Notes: generated from the letters alone by a model not told the origin. Counted from the first letter of the whole stretch, positions 47,450 to 61,126 are shown. The stretch: 63,758 bases of DNA, filler included, from Octopus bimaculoides (GCF_001194135.2; 5 parts of 4 records of this genome joined end to end with filler, not necessarily neighbours in it), one strand, 5' to 3'. Program-made: numbers and translations.

Positions 47450-47675
47450 ACTTCCTGGCCATATATATATATATTAGAGGCAAAGAGGTTACAAACCAAC
47501 AGAAGATGACTACTAGGACTCAGATAAACTACACTCGAGCATGAAGAGCGTAGAAATATAATACAAAAAGATAACAAAGAAGTGTATAATGATGCTAATG
47601 TTAATGAGGTAATGTAGTTAGGAATGCGGAAAGTACTCAACATCGTTTGTAGGATAATCTTTTGTCTTCTACCAT

Positions 47676-48074
47676 TTACTTGTGCCAGCCATTTGGCTGC
47701 AACCATGCTGGGTCACCGTCTTAGATGGTTTTTAGTCGAACAAATTGACTCAAGGACAGATTTTGTTTAATCCTACCACTTGTTCTATCGGTTTGTTTTA
47801 CTGAACTGTTAAGTTACGGGGACGTAAACATACCAACGCAAGCAGTGGTGAAAGACAAACACAGGTGTAAATATACACACGCGCACACAGGCACACACAC
47901 ACATATATATACAAGGGCTTCTTTCAGTTTCCGTCTACCAAATCCACTCACAAAACTTTGATTGATCCGAGTCTATAGTTGAAGACACCTGCCTAAGGTA
48001 ATATGTAGAGTGATTGAAGCCAGGACCATGTGGTTGAGAAGCAAGCTTCTTACTACACAGCCACTCCTGCACCT
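47676..48074 (-). mobile_element. SINE family B, full length
   Basis: Head, CORE-like block, internal CA tract; terminal hairpin cagcc-attt-ggctg like the LINE at 361. Confidence 0.85.
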
Positions 48075-49228
48075 ATACAAGTGATTATAATCTACTTGAC
48101 TTGAACTCAGACTGATTATAAGGCAAACGTTTCCCCACCCACGTAATACACTTGTTTCGTCAGTTAACTATATGGAAATTAAAATATACTAGACTACTAG
48201 ATTACAAGATGTTGGGAAGTCTAGGAGTTTCGGGATTGGAATTCAGGTTGCAGAGAAGCGGAACAGATACTAGCACAAAGCATCTCAGCCTAATTGCTAA
48301 CATTCCACATATTCACTGTTTTGTACTTGTACTATTTATATAGCTGTAAATGGATAACCTGCGATAGGCTAGCGTTCCGTCAGAGGGGAAATGTTGGCTT
48401 ACCCACCTTGCCAATAGTGTGGTATCATTCGAAAGCTACAGCAAAGGGAGGAAACGCATTATGGCCAGCAGTATATAACCAAATCCGGTAGTCTGATCGA
48501 TACAGTCAATCAGTGGATCCCTTCTCATACACTACTCTGAGTTTCCCGGCAAGCCATTGATAAAAAGTTAATCTAATTTTTATTTGAAAATCAACACATG
48601 TGCCATCTTTTATTAGCTCTTGTTTGAAGTCAGTATAAGAAAAACAACCGTACTGGCTTACTGGAAAATCCCGAGTAGTCTGTAATTACTTTCTATATTT
48701 GAAAAGTATATTAACTATATTCCTCTACTTTAATTAATTTGAGGCTTACTTTCTTTGTTGTGACACGCATGTCTAATTGATATGCATATGTGCGCGTATG
48801 TATGTTTTTGTGTGTCTGTGTGTGCCTGTTTGTGTGTGTGAGTATGTTTGTCTATGTAAGTATGTATATTTATAGATATTTATACACACACACACTCACA
48901 CGTTTGTGTATTTATGTGTGTGTGTATGTGTGTGTGTGCTTGTGTAAACGTGAACAAAATATATGCATAAATAATTTTGTACAATCCCAACATTCTGTTT
49001 TTTAATTCCATTCCATTATCCACCATATGGCGTTCCACACACACACACACGCGCGCACACATGGACACGCCCGCACACACACATACACACGCATACGTGC
49101 GCGAACGCAAGCACACACGCATACACATACATGCGCACGTGCGCACAAAGCGAAACAGACATAGCTATACACTCGATTGCACATAAGCCACCAACAACCA
49201 TCACCGCCCTCACTGTACCATTAACCTT

Positions 49229-49417
49229 CACGTCATAAAAGATGGCGGCCGAGTGTTAATTTCTGTTTAACTCCAAACCAATGGAACCTGTCAATCGTTT
49301 TCATCGATCAATTGACATTTTCAGAAGCAATAAGAAAAGAAATCCTTCTGGTGTTATTCTCATAGGAAATTTCTTGCTTTAAGCTAAACTTTAAACTCGA
49401 AACCAACCGACCGGAAG
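49229..49417. promoter_or_regulatory. Candidate promoter/enhancer motif cluster
   Basis: CACGTCA (49229), YY1 consensus AAGATGGCGGC (49239), CCAAT (49278), inverted TGTCAAT/ATTGACA around ATCGAT, ETS ACCGGAAG (49410). Motif matches only. Confidence 0.3.
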
Positions 49418-50060
49418 CAGCGTTCTAAACATTTCTGGAAAGGAAGCGAGCAGTTGTAATAAACAAAGAAAATGACAAAAAGATCGTATTTCTTTCTTTT
49501 ATTTATTTACTATTTATTTTATTTACTTTGTTTGCTCAGAAGAAATATAGAACACAGCAGACGACTATTGATGGTGCGGTAGTGCATATGGTGTTCTAGA
49601 TAATTGCTTTTGTTGTTGTTGCTGTTTACGTGGCAGTAATGGCGATGGTATTACTGGTTGCTGTTGATTACATGCCATCTATTAAGAAAAGACAGGGTAG
49701 AATTGAATGGAATGGTATGGCACGGTAATGGTATGGAATGTTTATTAAAGAGAAACGCTGATAACAAGAGAATTACTAATTCGCATGGTTTCTTTTCACT
49801 TACTCTCTTTCTATGTGATATATAAATGTGTGTGTGCGTACATGCGTGCGCGTAAACGTATATAAATATACATATGCATGTATGTATGTATGCATGTATG
49901 TATGTATGTATGTGGAAAGAAGTGTATTTCCACACAGAAAAAAATATAGAATTTATTTTGGGGTTTGAAAATGGATTTACTAAGATCTGTTTAAGAACAA
50001 CTACACATTTTTCAAATTCAAGTGCATTTTCAAACCGCAAAACAAATTCTCCTACACAAA

Positions 50061-50098
<38 letters not shown>

Positions 50099-50398
50099 NN
50101 NNNNNNNNNNNNNNNNNNNNNNNNNNNNNNNNNNNNNNNNNNNNNNNNNNNNNNNNNNNNNNNNNNNNNNNNNNNNNNNNNNNNNNNNNNNNNNNNNNNN
50201 NNNNNNNNNNNNNNNNNNNNNNNNNNNNNNNNNNNNNNNNNNNNNNNNNNNNNNNNNNNNNNNNNNNNNNNNNNNNNNNNNNNNNNNNNNNNNNNNNNNN
50301 NNNNNNNNNNNNNNNNNNNNNNNNNNNNNNNNNNNNNNNNNNNNNNNNNNNNNNNNNNNNNNNNNNNNNNNNNNNNNNNNNNCATACCTATATATATA

Positions 50399-50633
50399 TT
50401 ACTTGTTCTAGTATTAGGGTGTGGCCCTGCCGCACTTTTAATCGAATGAATGGTCCCCACTACATTTTTTTAAAAATCTAGTACTTATTCTATCGTCCTC
50501 TTTTCTAGAGCTAAGTTACAGGGCCATAAACACTGCATTACTGGTTGCCAAGAGGTAGAGAAAGACGGGCACCAATACGTACACACACACATGCACTCTC
50601 AAACACATATATATGTATATATATGTGTGTGAT

Positions 50634-50676
<43 letters not shown>

Positions 50677-50877
50677 GCGTGCGTGTGTGCGTGTGTGTGT
50701 CTGTGTAATACATACAAGAGTCTTGTTTCACATTCCGTCTACAAAATCCATTCACAAAGCTTTATTCTGACCGAAGCTACTGTTGAAGACAGCTGCCGAG
50801 GTGCTACGCAGTGCGATTGAGCCTGAAACCATAGGATTGGGAAGCAAAATTTTTACCACACACTCACGCTTGCGCCT
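50399..50877 (-). mobile_element. SINE family B, diverged, with expanded internal microsatellite
   Basis: Head 50720-50877, ~140-bp (CA)/(GT) tract, 3' half 50399-50580. Confidence 0.7.
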
Positions 50878-51243
50878 ACACATATATACATGCATACATA
50901 CATACATACATATATATATATTGTGTGTGTGTATGTGTGTGCATGTGTGTGTGTGTGTGTGTGAGTGTGGTAATCTTCACAGATGATTGAGGTTTCGTTG
51001 TGCTTCTGCATTTGGCAATAAAATTTCTGACTTTCCACCTCTGACCTCTCAGATTACTATCTGGTCTTATTGCAGAACTGCATACTCTGGGTGAAATACG
51101 TGAGTCGTAACTCACTGTGCACTTTCAACTGGTTAGGTTTGCAGAGGTCACCACTTTTCTATCGCCATAGAATTTTCAGTAGATGAAATGACAAATAATG
51201 CCATCATAAAAAGACAGCATGGCAGTGGATTATAGATTTAAAC

Positions 51244-51536
51244 CAGTGGTTCTCAACCGGACCATGAGGTTTCATCAAAGATTTTGGGGGGGTCTACACA
51301 ACAAAACAATAAGTTAAGGGTCCACAATAGTACATTAAGTGCCTCTGAAAAATCGTTGCTTTTGATATCTGTATTGGCATGAATTACAAAAAACAAGTTA
51401 TTGTGAAAAAAACAAAATAGCAAGTTTGAAGGAACTATCAATAAAACTGGGTTATAAACATTGAATGGCGACGGGGGTCTACCAGAATATAATATTAACC
51501 AAAGGATTCTATAAATAAAATATGATTGAGAACCCG
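51244..51536. mobile_element. hAT (Charlie-like) MITE, 293 bp
   Basis: TIRs cagtggttctcaacc / gattgagaacccg; 8-bp TSD [a/t]tttaaac at 51236-43 and 51537-44. Confidence 0.75.
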
Positions 51537-51677
51537 TTTTAAACGCTTGTATAATATGAGTACCACTCTCTGAACCTCCGTAACCGAGTGACAGACCGAA
51601 ACGAGTTGACCAGTAATCACGTGAGAACAAAAGTTGTACCTCATGGTGTCCCTCTCCTGGAAGGATACTCTGATATC

Positions 51678-52130
<453 letters not shown>

Positions 52131-52173
52131 TAGGTTATTTTCTTTTCCAACAATCTAATTTGTTGTGCTTATA

Positions 52174-52339
<166 letters not shown>

Positions 52340-52872
52340 TATGTCCAGATGCAGTACCAGGCAGTGGCTCTCATGGCTTCTGATCTTAATTGACTGGAAG
52401 TGTTATCATGTACATTGTTTTGTCCTGGTATAAAAGATGGGTTACAGCAAATATTCTGCTTAATACCACAGATTTGCTTGTCAGTTGTTTGACCTTAACC
52501 AGTTGAGCATGTACCTTGGTGGCTGACGGTATGTGCATCCCTGAGCATGCGTAGAAGTAGTGGGGGAGCATCATAGCCATGTGTTGAGAGGAATTCTTTG
52601 GGGTCTGAATAATTCACCTTTGGAAGCATGGGTGTTTTGCTCAACATCCTTAAACAAACCTTATTCAGGGACCTGAAGAAAATTCTAACTGGGCCCCCAC
52701 CTGCAAGGTCATGCGCTGTTTATCTTGATATGAGATCACCATGTCTTGCATATATGGTTGTGATGCATGTGCCTGGTGTACCCTTATCAGACCGGTAGTC
52801 ATGATGGATATAATGGGCTTCGTATATTTTACCCCAGTGTCACTTTGATGGCATGCACTGCTCTTTCACTCA
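52340..52872. mobile_element. ~530-bp unclassified non-coding insert bounded by microsatellites
   Basis: High-complexity block (ccagatgcagtaccaggcagtggctctc...ctctttcactcaa) with no ORF or TIR, between (AAG)n and (TAC)n(AAT)n. I recall it as a common octopus repeat but cannot verify. Confidence 0.5.
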
Positions 52873-52873
52873 A

Positions 52874-52926
<53 letters not shown>

Positions 52927-53798
52927 ATAATAATAATAATANNNNNNNNNNNNNNNNNNNNNNNNNNNNNNNNNNNNNNNNNNNNTTAATTAATTAANNN
53001 NNNNNNNNNNNNNNNNNNNNNNNNNNNNNNNNNNNNNNNNNTATATATATACACATGTATATATATACACCCTAGATATTATACCTCTTGTAACAATCTG
53101 TCAATTTGTTGACCCAAAAGAAAGTATACTAGATATTTAGATGAAAAATTCGCCTTATGTTTTGAATCATAAAAAATGTGGCTTTTAGATTTACATATGT
53201 ATTTACCATGGTTATACTAAGCATCAGAAACCTACTTTCGGCAAACTGAGCGGACTGGAACCTCATTCTTTTGAGAAACAATATTAGAATGACTATTTAA
53301 TTACTTATTCTGGTATTGCTAGTTCTATGGTTAGATTTTTGCCGACACAATTGTATGTTTGAATATAAAGACACAGACACCATAGAATTGAATTTTTTCA
53401 CATTATGATGTCACTTTATTCTACATTGTTGATCTGTGACTTCTCAAAACAATAGTTTTGTAGCCTGACTGGGGCTTTCTTTGATATCTATTATTTTCAT
53501 TCCGTGGATCATTTTCAAACCATGGGGGTCTCCGTTTCTAGCACAATATTTGCCTTTTCGGCAAGGAATTGTTTTCTAGCAATGCCTCGGTTCTGCTAGG
53601 GCGTCCAAAGTTAATCTGGGTAGACGGAAGCGATGCAGAAAACAGTCGAATGGGTCTCAATATTCTTAATCTTTTCTTAAACTTAATCTTTTCTCAGGTT
53701 TAACACTTCGATCGACTTTAATAGAGAATCAACCCATATAGTTGATGACTGTTTGGGATTTTTCTCTAATTCTCACTTCAATTCTCACCTAATATATT

Positions 53799-54016
53799 CG
53801 AGGGGCTGCTGAAAAATTCCTGACTTTAAAGGTATTGCGACAAGCCTGGTTGGAGGCCTAACATTCCGAGTTCTTTTACAAGACTTACAATAACTGAAGG
53901 ACCACTGCAGTAAGTACGTGAAGGTGAGAGGGGAATACGTTGACTAAAATCGTAATCGACAGGTCCTCTTTTATTTTCCTTTTGCCCAAAACCAGGAACA
54001 TCTTAGCATCTCCTCG
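53799..54016 (+). mobile_element. mariner-derived MITE, 218 bp
   Basis: TIRs cgaggggctgctgaaaaattcctg / ccaggaacatcttagcatctcctcg + TA; internal LKDHCSKYVKVRGEYVD* is a mariner transposase C-terminus. Confidence 0.8.
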
Positions 54017-55283
54017 TATACTTAAACAATAACGTAGCAACATTTTTGTTTCCGTGGCTGCATGTAGGTTTGAATTCAAGGAAGTAAAGTATATTTGTCA
54101 GAGAGAAAATGCATATAAACAAACATAATAAGCTATGACTAAGCATATTTGGTCTAATCTCACACTCAGGAAACAATATTTATTTAAACTCATTCTTAAT
54201 AAAACAATATATACGCCTGTCAATTAATTATTGTGATACTACAATTTAAGCGATTCAGTTGACTTTACAGTATGTAATAACAAAGGATGCATATTCAGAA
54301 TTGAGAACATATATATGTGTACATATACATAATGATAATATTTAAATAGTTTCATGTTCGAATTCATTGGCAGCAAAATGAACACTAGAAATCTAATAAT
54401 CTGATGAAATACTTTTAATTTTATGAATATATTGCAGTGAAATATTTCATGACGAGAAATAGGAAGAAACCCTATATACAATAATCGAAACTACTTTTCT
54501 CAATTACATGAAGCTTTAAATTATCATCGAACGGTGTAAACGTTGAATGGGATTCGAAATTATACTGGAGTTGTTAAAGCACGTTACATTTCCATATTTA
54601 ATCATCAGCATGGCTTCCTTAGGAAGACATTAATATCTTACGATATTTCCAATTTAATCCGATTTAAGCTGCTCAATTTGAAAGCATTCTACAATTAACA
54701 GTAAACAATCGCTATGTCAAATAGCATAAAGTGTCTGTCTAATATCCCCATAGTTGTGCGCGTGTATCTTCATCAATTGTGCAGTATTTTCACTTTGGGA
54801 AATGCATAATTACATTCCGGTTTTACTCTTACGATCTGAAATTCAATTATAATACACTATTCCATAAGTCATTGCAAACTCTGAAAATTTCATAAACTAA
54901 CTCTACGGTAGATTAATGGCAGATAATTTAAACATTGCTGATGTATTGTGTCAAGTCTACCATTACTAAACTGAACAATGGCAAGCGAACAGATGGCAGA
55001 GGGACAACTGTGCTTATTAATGTAGATTAATTATAAAATCCGAATTATTTATCGCCTTGAACTTTTTAAAAAAACTACACAAATTGTTTTTGATTTTATT
55101 TCTATTACTAAGGTTTGTTAGTGATTTGTATTTTCTACATCGCATAGATTTATATGACAATATACGTTTGCTAGATAATATATTTTATGTGTTCAATATC
55201 CGCCAGAACTTGCGAAGACGTAGTTATTGAAACAGTCTTGTTAAAGTATAAAAATGTCTCACAGTTTTTAAAACGTTGAAGTC

Positions 55284-55522
55284 TGTGAGCTGGCAAAATC
55301 GTTAGTAATGTCAGCCAAAAAAAATAAAAAAACAGAAGTGATTCAGTGATATTTCTTCTGGCTTTTTACGTCCCCTGTTCAATTCAGACAGAAGTCAATT
55401 TTGTCTGTCTTCGTTTGGAAGTAAATGAAAAATCAATTACCAGTCAATACTGCTATCGCCGCTATTGACTATCACTCTCCCTGTAAAAGTAATGGTCTTG
55501 CGCTCAAGTTAGACGCAATTAT
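55284..55522 (+). mobile_element. SINE family A (tail type 2), old
   Basis: tgagctggcaaaatcgttag head; gttcaattc; ttaccagtcaatactg; ggtcttgcgctcaagttaga. Confidence 0.55.
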
Positions 55523-55912
55523 TTTAAGAGAGAATGTTATGTCAAATTTCACCTTCTAAATTTCAATTGTATACTAGTACGACAAGCTCTCTCTTTGAAA
55601 GAAAAAAGTGGGGCTAAGAAGCTTACTCGTGTGTCACCCTGTATTGCGCATTGAATCTACGCACGTGGGTTGTGCATCGTGGCTCAATTTACATTTCGAC
55701 TCTGTCTATGTGCGGCTTACTGGGTATCTTCGGTCATAATTAAATGCTCAATTATTTCGTGGGTGATAGCCTTGCTCTTGCAAGTTTCTTTCAGTGGAAC
55801 CTGTTGTTACTCATTCACGAATTGCCAGTTAATTCTATTAACTTATACTGCGCCAGCCTGACATTCAATATTTTCCTTCCTTACGTGACAATCACGTAAT
55901 ACTTTTTATGGT

Positions 55913-56287
55913 GTGGGGGCACAATGGCCTAGTGGTTAGGCCAGCGGACTTGCGGTCGTAGGATCGCGGTTTCGATTCCTAGACCGGGCGTTCTGTGTGT
56001 TTATTGAGCGAAAACATCTAAAGTTCCACGAGGCTCTGGCAGGGGTGGTGGCGACCCCTGCTGTATTCTTTCACCACAACATCCTCTCAATCTTTGTTTC
56101 TGTTGTACCTGTATTTCAAAGGACCAGTCTTGTCACACTCTGTGCCAGCTTGAATCTCCCCGAGAACTACGTTAAGGGTACACGTGTCTGTGGAGTGCTC
56201 AGCCACTTGCACGTTAATTTCACAAGCAGGCTGTTCCGTTGATCGGATCAACTGCAACCCTCGACGTCGTAACCGACAGAGTGCCAC
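55913..56287 (+). mobile_element. SINE family C, full length
   Basis: Colinear with 11057-11440; A and B boxes present; no clear TSD. Confidence 0.9.
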
Positions 56288-57790
56288 AGCTGTTTGGTAA
56301 GCCACTGCACATCTATGTGACTATCTGTGACTTTCATGACTAATATACACCATTTATTTTGAAACTTTTCTTCGGAAAATACGAAAGCAATTTTCTGATA
56401 AATACTTTAGTTAAATTGTAGAGCAACAGAAGTACCTGACTACACAAAATGAATACTTTAAATTGTTTTATGGAAAGTTCTATTAATCCACGACCTTCGA
56501 TAGAAGCTTTTATTAGCAATAATCACTCTGTCGCGTGAAAATGTGAACCCGAAACTTAGAGTCTTAACAAATAACAAAAGGCATTTTGTGCGATGCTTTA
56601 AATATCTGCAAGATCACACACTTCATATACATTTCTCGTATTAAAGTTGTGGTTGTTTTGTAACCTGAGTCAAATATTGCTGGAAGCGATGCAGTTTGTT
56701 GATGGAGACCCAATATATTTATCTACAAGAATAATAATACCCACATACAAAACCACCCATTACTACAGTATTATTTGAAGTAGCGACTTACAGAGCACTT
56801 TCACTTTGAAAGCCAGCCTAATATGAAGTGAAATGTTCTACAATAGGCCTATTTATATTCTTGACAGATTTAACATTATTTTGGCTCTAATCCAAATAAC
56901 CATTTAATCATTATCCTTGTCTCATTTGTTTGCGATGGTAACTGACGTCTTAATTGTCTGTGTAAGTATTATCATCACATCAAAGAATAATAAATCTGAA
57001 TTAAGAGTAATTCAGATGAATTATTTAGGAAGTAAGTTGAGGGAATATAATATTAAGCTCACTCAGAGAACAACAAAATACATACCCTTTTGGATGATTT
57101 CCAAGTTTTACATAAAATAAATTTTTTTAAGTATGGAATGACTTTTATACGAAGGCTATAGCATTTTGAAATTGTTAAGCCCGTGTTTATGTAACTCATA
57201 ATATCATGAAGTGCTAACGTAAATCTTTCTTTTCTGACTGAGTAATAGAAGACAGGATAATAATGCATTGCTATTATAACCCGTGTCATTTCATATTAAT
57301 GGTTTATAACTAATAGTCTCTTTAAGTAATTTCTTAAGAAGTAAATACTTAGCAAATACGTTTGGAACTTATGTTAAATTATTATCATGTTATAAATAAT
57401 TATAAAAGTAAATTGGAAGATTTATAAACGAATGCATGGAATAAATTTACAACCGATATAAAGCAATATAAACTCTATGATAGTTTTTACAAAGATTGCC
57501 TTCCATTGAAGCCCAAATATTCGGCCGCAAACGAATGTGTGATTGAAGGTTTCGTTTCATTAGTTGTCACTCAAGTGTAGTAGGAGACTTCTACATAATG
57601 CCACCCGCATCAAAAGCTCCCTTTTTTTGTTGCATATAGTCTATATCATTGTTACTTACAGAATGTGTTATTTCACCCAGAATCAACCTATAACTCAAAC
57701 ATTAATAAATTTTCCATTTTCTCACACGTAATGCCCTGGATTGGTATTATATTTTTCTAAGCGATAGTCTTAATGTGTTCTTTCTATCAG

Positions 57791-58002
57791 AAGAAATGGA
57801 TTTTCTTGGTTGTTTCCAAAACTTTATCCGGTAAAATGTCTCCGTGTTTTGTTGCTGAAGTATGACCTATTTCACAGTAAGTCTGTTTGCATTTCTTTCA
57901 GATATTTTCTGAAGTGTATGTGTGTGTACTATGGAGACACCATCTTGAAGAGTTTACTTGAACAAAATGGCTTTTTTATTAAGCCTGAATCACTACTTAC
58001 AG
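57791..58002 (+). CDS. Candidate internal coding exon of an unknown gene (alternative sites at 57876/57902)
   Basis: Acceptors ttctttctatcag|57791 and tttctttcag|57902; donors 57876|gtaagt and 58002|gtacac. One frame is open throughout ([46 protein letters not shown]). No recognised homology. Confidence 0.25.
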
Positions 58003-58093
58003 GTACACTGACTATCAAGTGAAGGATAAACCACAAATACCTATACCGACCCTTCCATCCATCCATCCATCCATCCATCCATCCATCCATCCA

Positions 58094-58138
<45 letters not shown>

Positions 58139-59019
58139 GAAGGTTTGAAAATGCAATTATAAAGATGTTTATTCACTTGACCGGTTTAACTTTTTTAGAA
58201 AAAGATTGTTAAAAGTAAAATATAAAGCTTGTAAAGTAAAATGTAAAGCCCCATTACGGGCAATAGGTGGTTGAACTTTATAACATATCGGTGAGTAAAT
58301 TATTGAAATCAACTGTTGGGCACATTATTTTGGTAAACTATTAATTACTACTATAAGCATAATTATTAAGAACTATTATGATTACTTCAATACGTTATGA
58401 CACTCTCACCCCTCACTCCTTCTTTAAACGTATCCCTTAATTGAACATTTTCATTTTTACCTTTTTATTACTTATACACCATGTTACCCCCATAGAAAAT
58501 TTACCCACGAATTAATATTTTAAGTTTAGTCATTTATTCAACGTCCCATATTAAGCCTTCCATCTGCTTCTCGAAGCTCTTCTTCTTTTCTTTCCTTTTC
58601 TTTTCTTTTGTTTTGTTTTATGTATTTTTCTTCACTCTGATGAAGCTCCATGTTCTAGATCGGATGTCTTTCCAGATATGACGAATATTATTTCTACAAT
58701 TTTCAATGGCAATACCATATAACATTGGAAGCATGAACAGCAGTTAGAAGGGAAACGGTCTATTTGCATTGAATTAAAAAGTAATAATTGATGTAAGTCA
58801 ATTGTTGCTGATCCATATTTCAATATTTCTCCATTTTCTGTTTACTTTATATTATATTGTATATATATATATATATATATATNNNNNNNNNNNNNNNNNN
58901 NNNNNNNNNNNNNNNNNNNNNNNNNNTTAATTAATTAANNNNNNNNNNNNNNNNNNNNNNNNNNNNNNNNNNNNNNNNNNNNACACACACACACACACAC
59001 ACACATTCAACCACAGAAA

Positions 59020-59454
59020 GGCGGCGAGCTGGCAGAAACGTTAGTACGCCGGGCGAAATGTTTATTCGTCTGCTGCTACGTTCTGTGTTCAAATTCTGTC
59101 GCGGTCAACTTTACCTTTCATCCTTTCGGGGTCGATTAAATAAGTACCAGTTACGCACTGGGTTCGATATAATCGACTTAATCCGTTTGTTTGTCCTTGT
59201 TTGTCCCCTATGTGTGTAGCCCCTTGTGTGCAATAAAGAAATAAGAAACATTAGCACACCTGAAAATATCTTAAGCGACATTTTATCCGTCTTTATGTTC
59301 TGAGATCAAATTCCGCCGAGGTCAACTTTCATCTTTTCGGGGTCGTTTAAATAAGTACCAGTTACGCACTGGGGTTCATGTAATCGACTTAATCCGTTTG
59401 TCTGTCCTTGTTTGTCCACTCTGTGTGTAGCCCCTTGTGTGCAATAAAGAAATA
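59020..59454 (+). mobile_element. Tandem SINE family A dimer (59020-59242 + 59243-59454), both tail type 1
   Basis: A full copy is followed directly by aagaaacattagcacacc.. and a second body and tail. Confidence 0.9.
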
Positions 59455-59541
59455 GCACACTCAACCACTTATAAATATTTATGCATAGACATATGTCCAT
59501 ACACACACACACACACATTCATAAGTACATACATGTGCATA

Positions 59542-60078
59542 CTGGGTGATTGAAAAGTAACTCCCTATTTTAAAATACTTACCAACAATTTATTAATTGT
59601 AATTTTTTTCTCAATTTTGTTTTGTGTTTGGTTTTTGAAGTATGAGAATCTAATTTCTAATCAAGTTGTTCTTGTCGTTGGTGAATGGCTGAATACCCAC
59701 GTTCCCAGGAGATGGATTGCGTCGTTGTGGTCCGCATGAATGGCCCGCCAGGAGTCCCGGCTTAACATTCTGTGACTTCTTTCTTTGGGGTTGGTTAAAG
59801 GAACAAGTCTACCGTATCAAGTCAAAGACTTTGGAAGAACTTGAGGGGCAAATACGAGAAGTTATGTCTTCTTCCATCCCACAAGAGTTTCTGGTGAAAT
59901 CACATGACATAATTCCTGGGTGACTCAAGAAGCTGGTGGCGACATCTGGAGCTCGTATCAAATTTTAAATAAAACTTCGTGCTAAAAGCTTTCCTCTCAT
60001 ATCCATTTTTTGTAAAAATTTTAATTAATAAATAATTTATATTTATTTTAAAATAGCGAGTTATATTTCAGTCACCCT
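59542..60078 (+). mobile_element. IS630-Tc1-mariner internal-deletion derivative with both TIRs
   Basis: ~35-bp TIRs (c)tgggtgattgaaaagtaactccctattttaaaata / tattttaaaatagcgagttatatttcagtcaccct flanked by TA; internal RRWI..WPARSPGLTFCDFFLWGWLKEQVY. Confidence 0.85.
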
Positions 60079-60114
60079 TATTAGATATACATATATTGAT
60101 GTATGTTTCTATTA

Positions 60115-60146
<32 letters not shown>

Positions 60147-60160
60147 CTCTCTATATATAT

Positions 60161-60390
60161 ATTTCTTTATTGCCCACAAGGGGCTAAACATACAGGAAAC
60201 AAAGAAGGACAAACAAAGGGATTAAGATGATTACATCGACCCCATTACGTAACTGGTACTTTTATTTATCGACCCCGAAAAGATGAAACGCAAAGTCGAC
60301 CTTGGCGGAATTTGAACTCAGAACGTAACGGCAGACGAAATAACGCTAAGCATTTCGGCCGGCACGCTAACGTTTCTGCCAGCTCGCCGC

Positions 60391-60391
<1 letters not shown>
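60161..60391 (-). mobile_element. SINE family A (tail type 1), full length, inserted in (CTAT)n
   Basis: Complete head to tail; (CTAT)n on both sides. Confidence 0.9.
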
Positions 60392-60437
<46 letters not shown>

Positions 60438-60910
60438 GTTATATAGCTATCTAAATATCTATCTCTCTGTCTGTCTGTGCATGAGTTCGTGTGCGTGTGT
60501 GTTTGTGGGTATCCATATATGTATGTATGTATGTATATAGCTATTAGCCACGGAAGGATTAACGGTAGAGCTGGCCCATGGTGGACTTGAACTTATATCC
60601 CAAAGCTGCTGAACGCGTATAACACAAGGCCTTCCCCTTCCATCGAGCGAGTTAATTGTTCTGACGATTCGGCTCCTTTCCTATTTCACGGAACCAAAAG
60701 GTTTTATCAAATTGTTCTGGGACTTATAAGACCAGTTACTTGGTTTCCATGGCGTATACATGATTGAGATGAGAACATTCTACCTGAACGGGACACTGAT
60801 CAACTGCAGGGTTTAAGGTCAACAATTTTGATTTGAGGGGTCAAGTTGATTATATCAACCATTTCGTTGCCTTCAGAACAGCAACAATTCATTCTAGTAT
60901 AGGCACGTGG

Positions 60911-61022
60911 TCGGCCCAAGGCTATAACAGAAGACACTTGCCCAAGGTGCCATCCAGTGGGACTGAACCCGAACCATGTGGTTGGTAAGCAAGCTACTTA
61001 CCATACAGCCACTCCTGCGCCT
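60911..61022 (-). mobile_element. SINE family B head
   Basis: Minus caggagtggctgtatggtaagtagcttgcttaccaaccacatggttcgggttcagtcccactgg..accttgggcaagtgtcttctg. Confidence 0.85.
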
Positions 61023-61051
61023 ATAGCCACTGTGCGTGCGTGCGTGCGTGC

Positions 61052-61126
<75 letters not shown>

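Noticed and set aside
53628-56697. 13-mer ggaagcgatgcag at 53628 and 56684
   Set aside because: No extended similarity; compatible with chance.
56792-56937. 26-nt minus micro-exon (56792-56817) and 70-nt plus exon (56868-56937)
   Set aside because: The first is not frame-preserving and is unsupported; the second has stops in all three frames.
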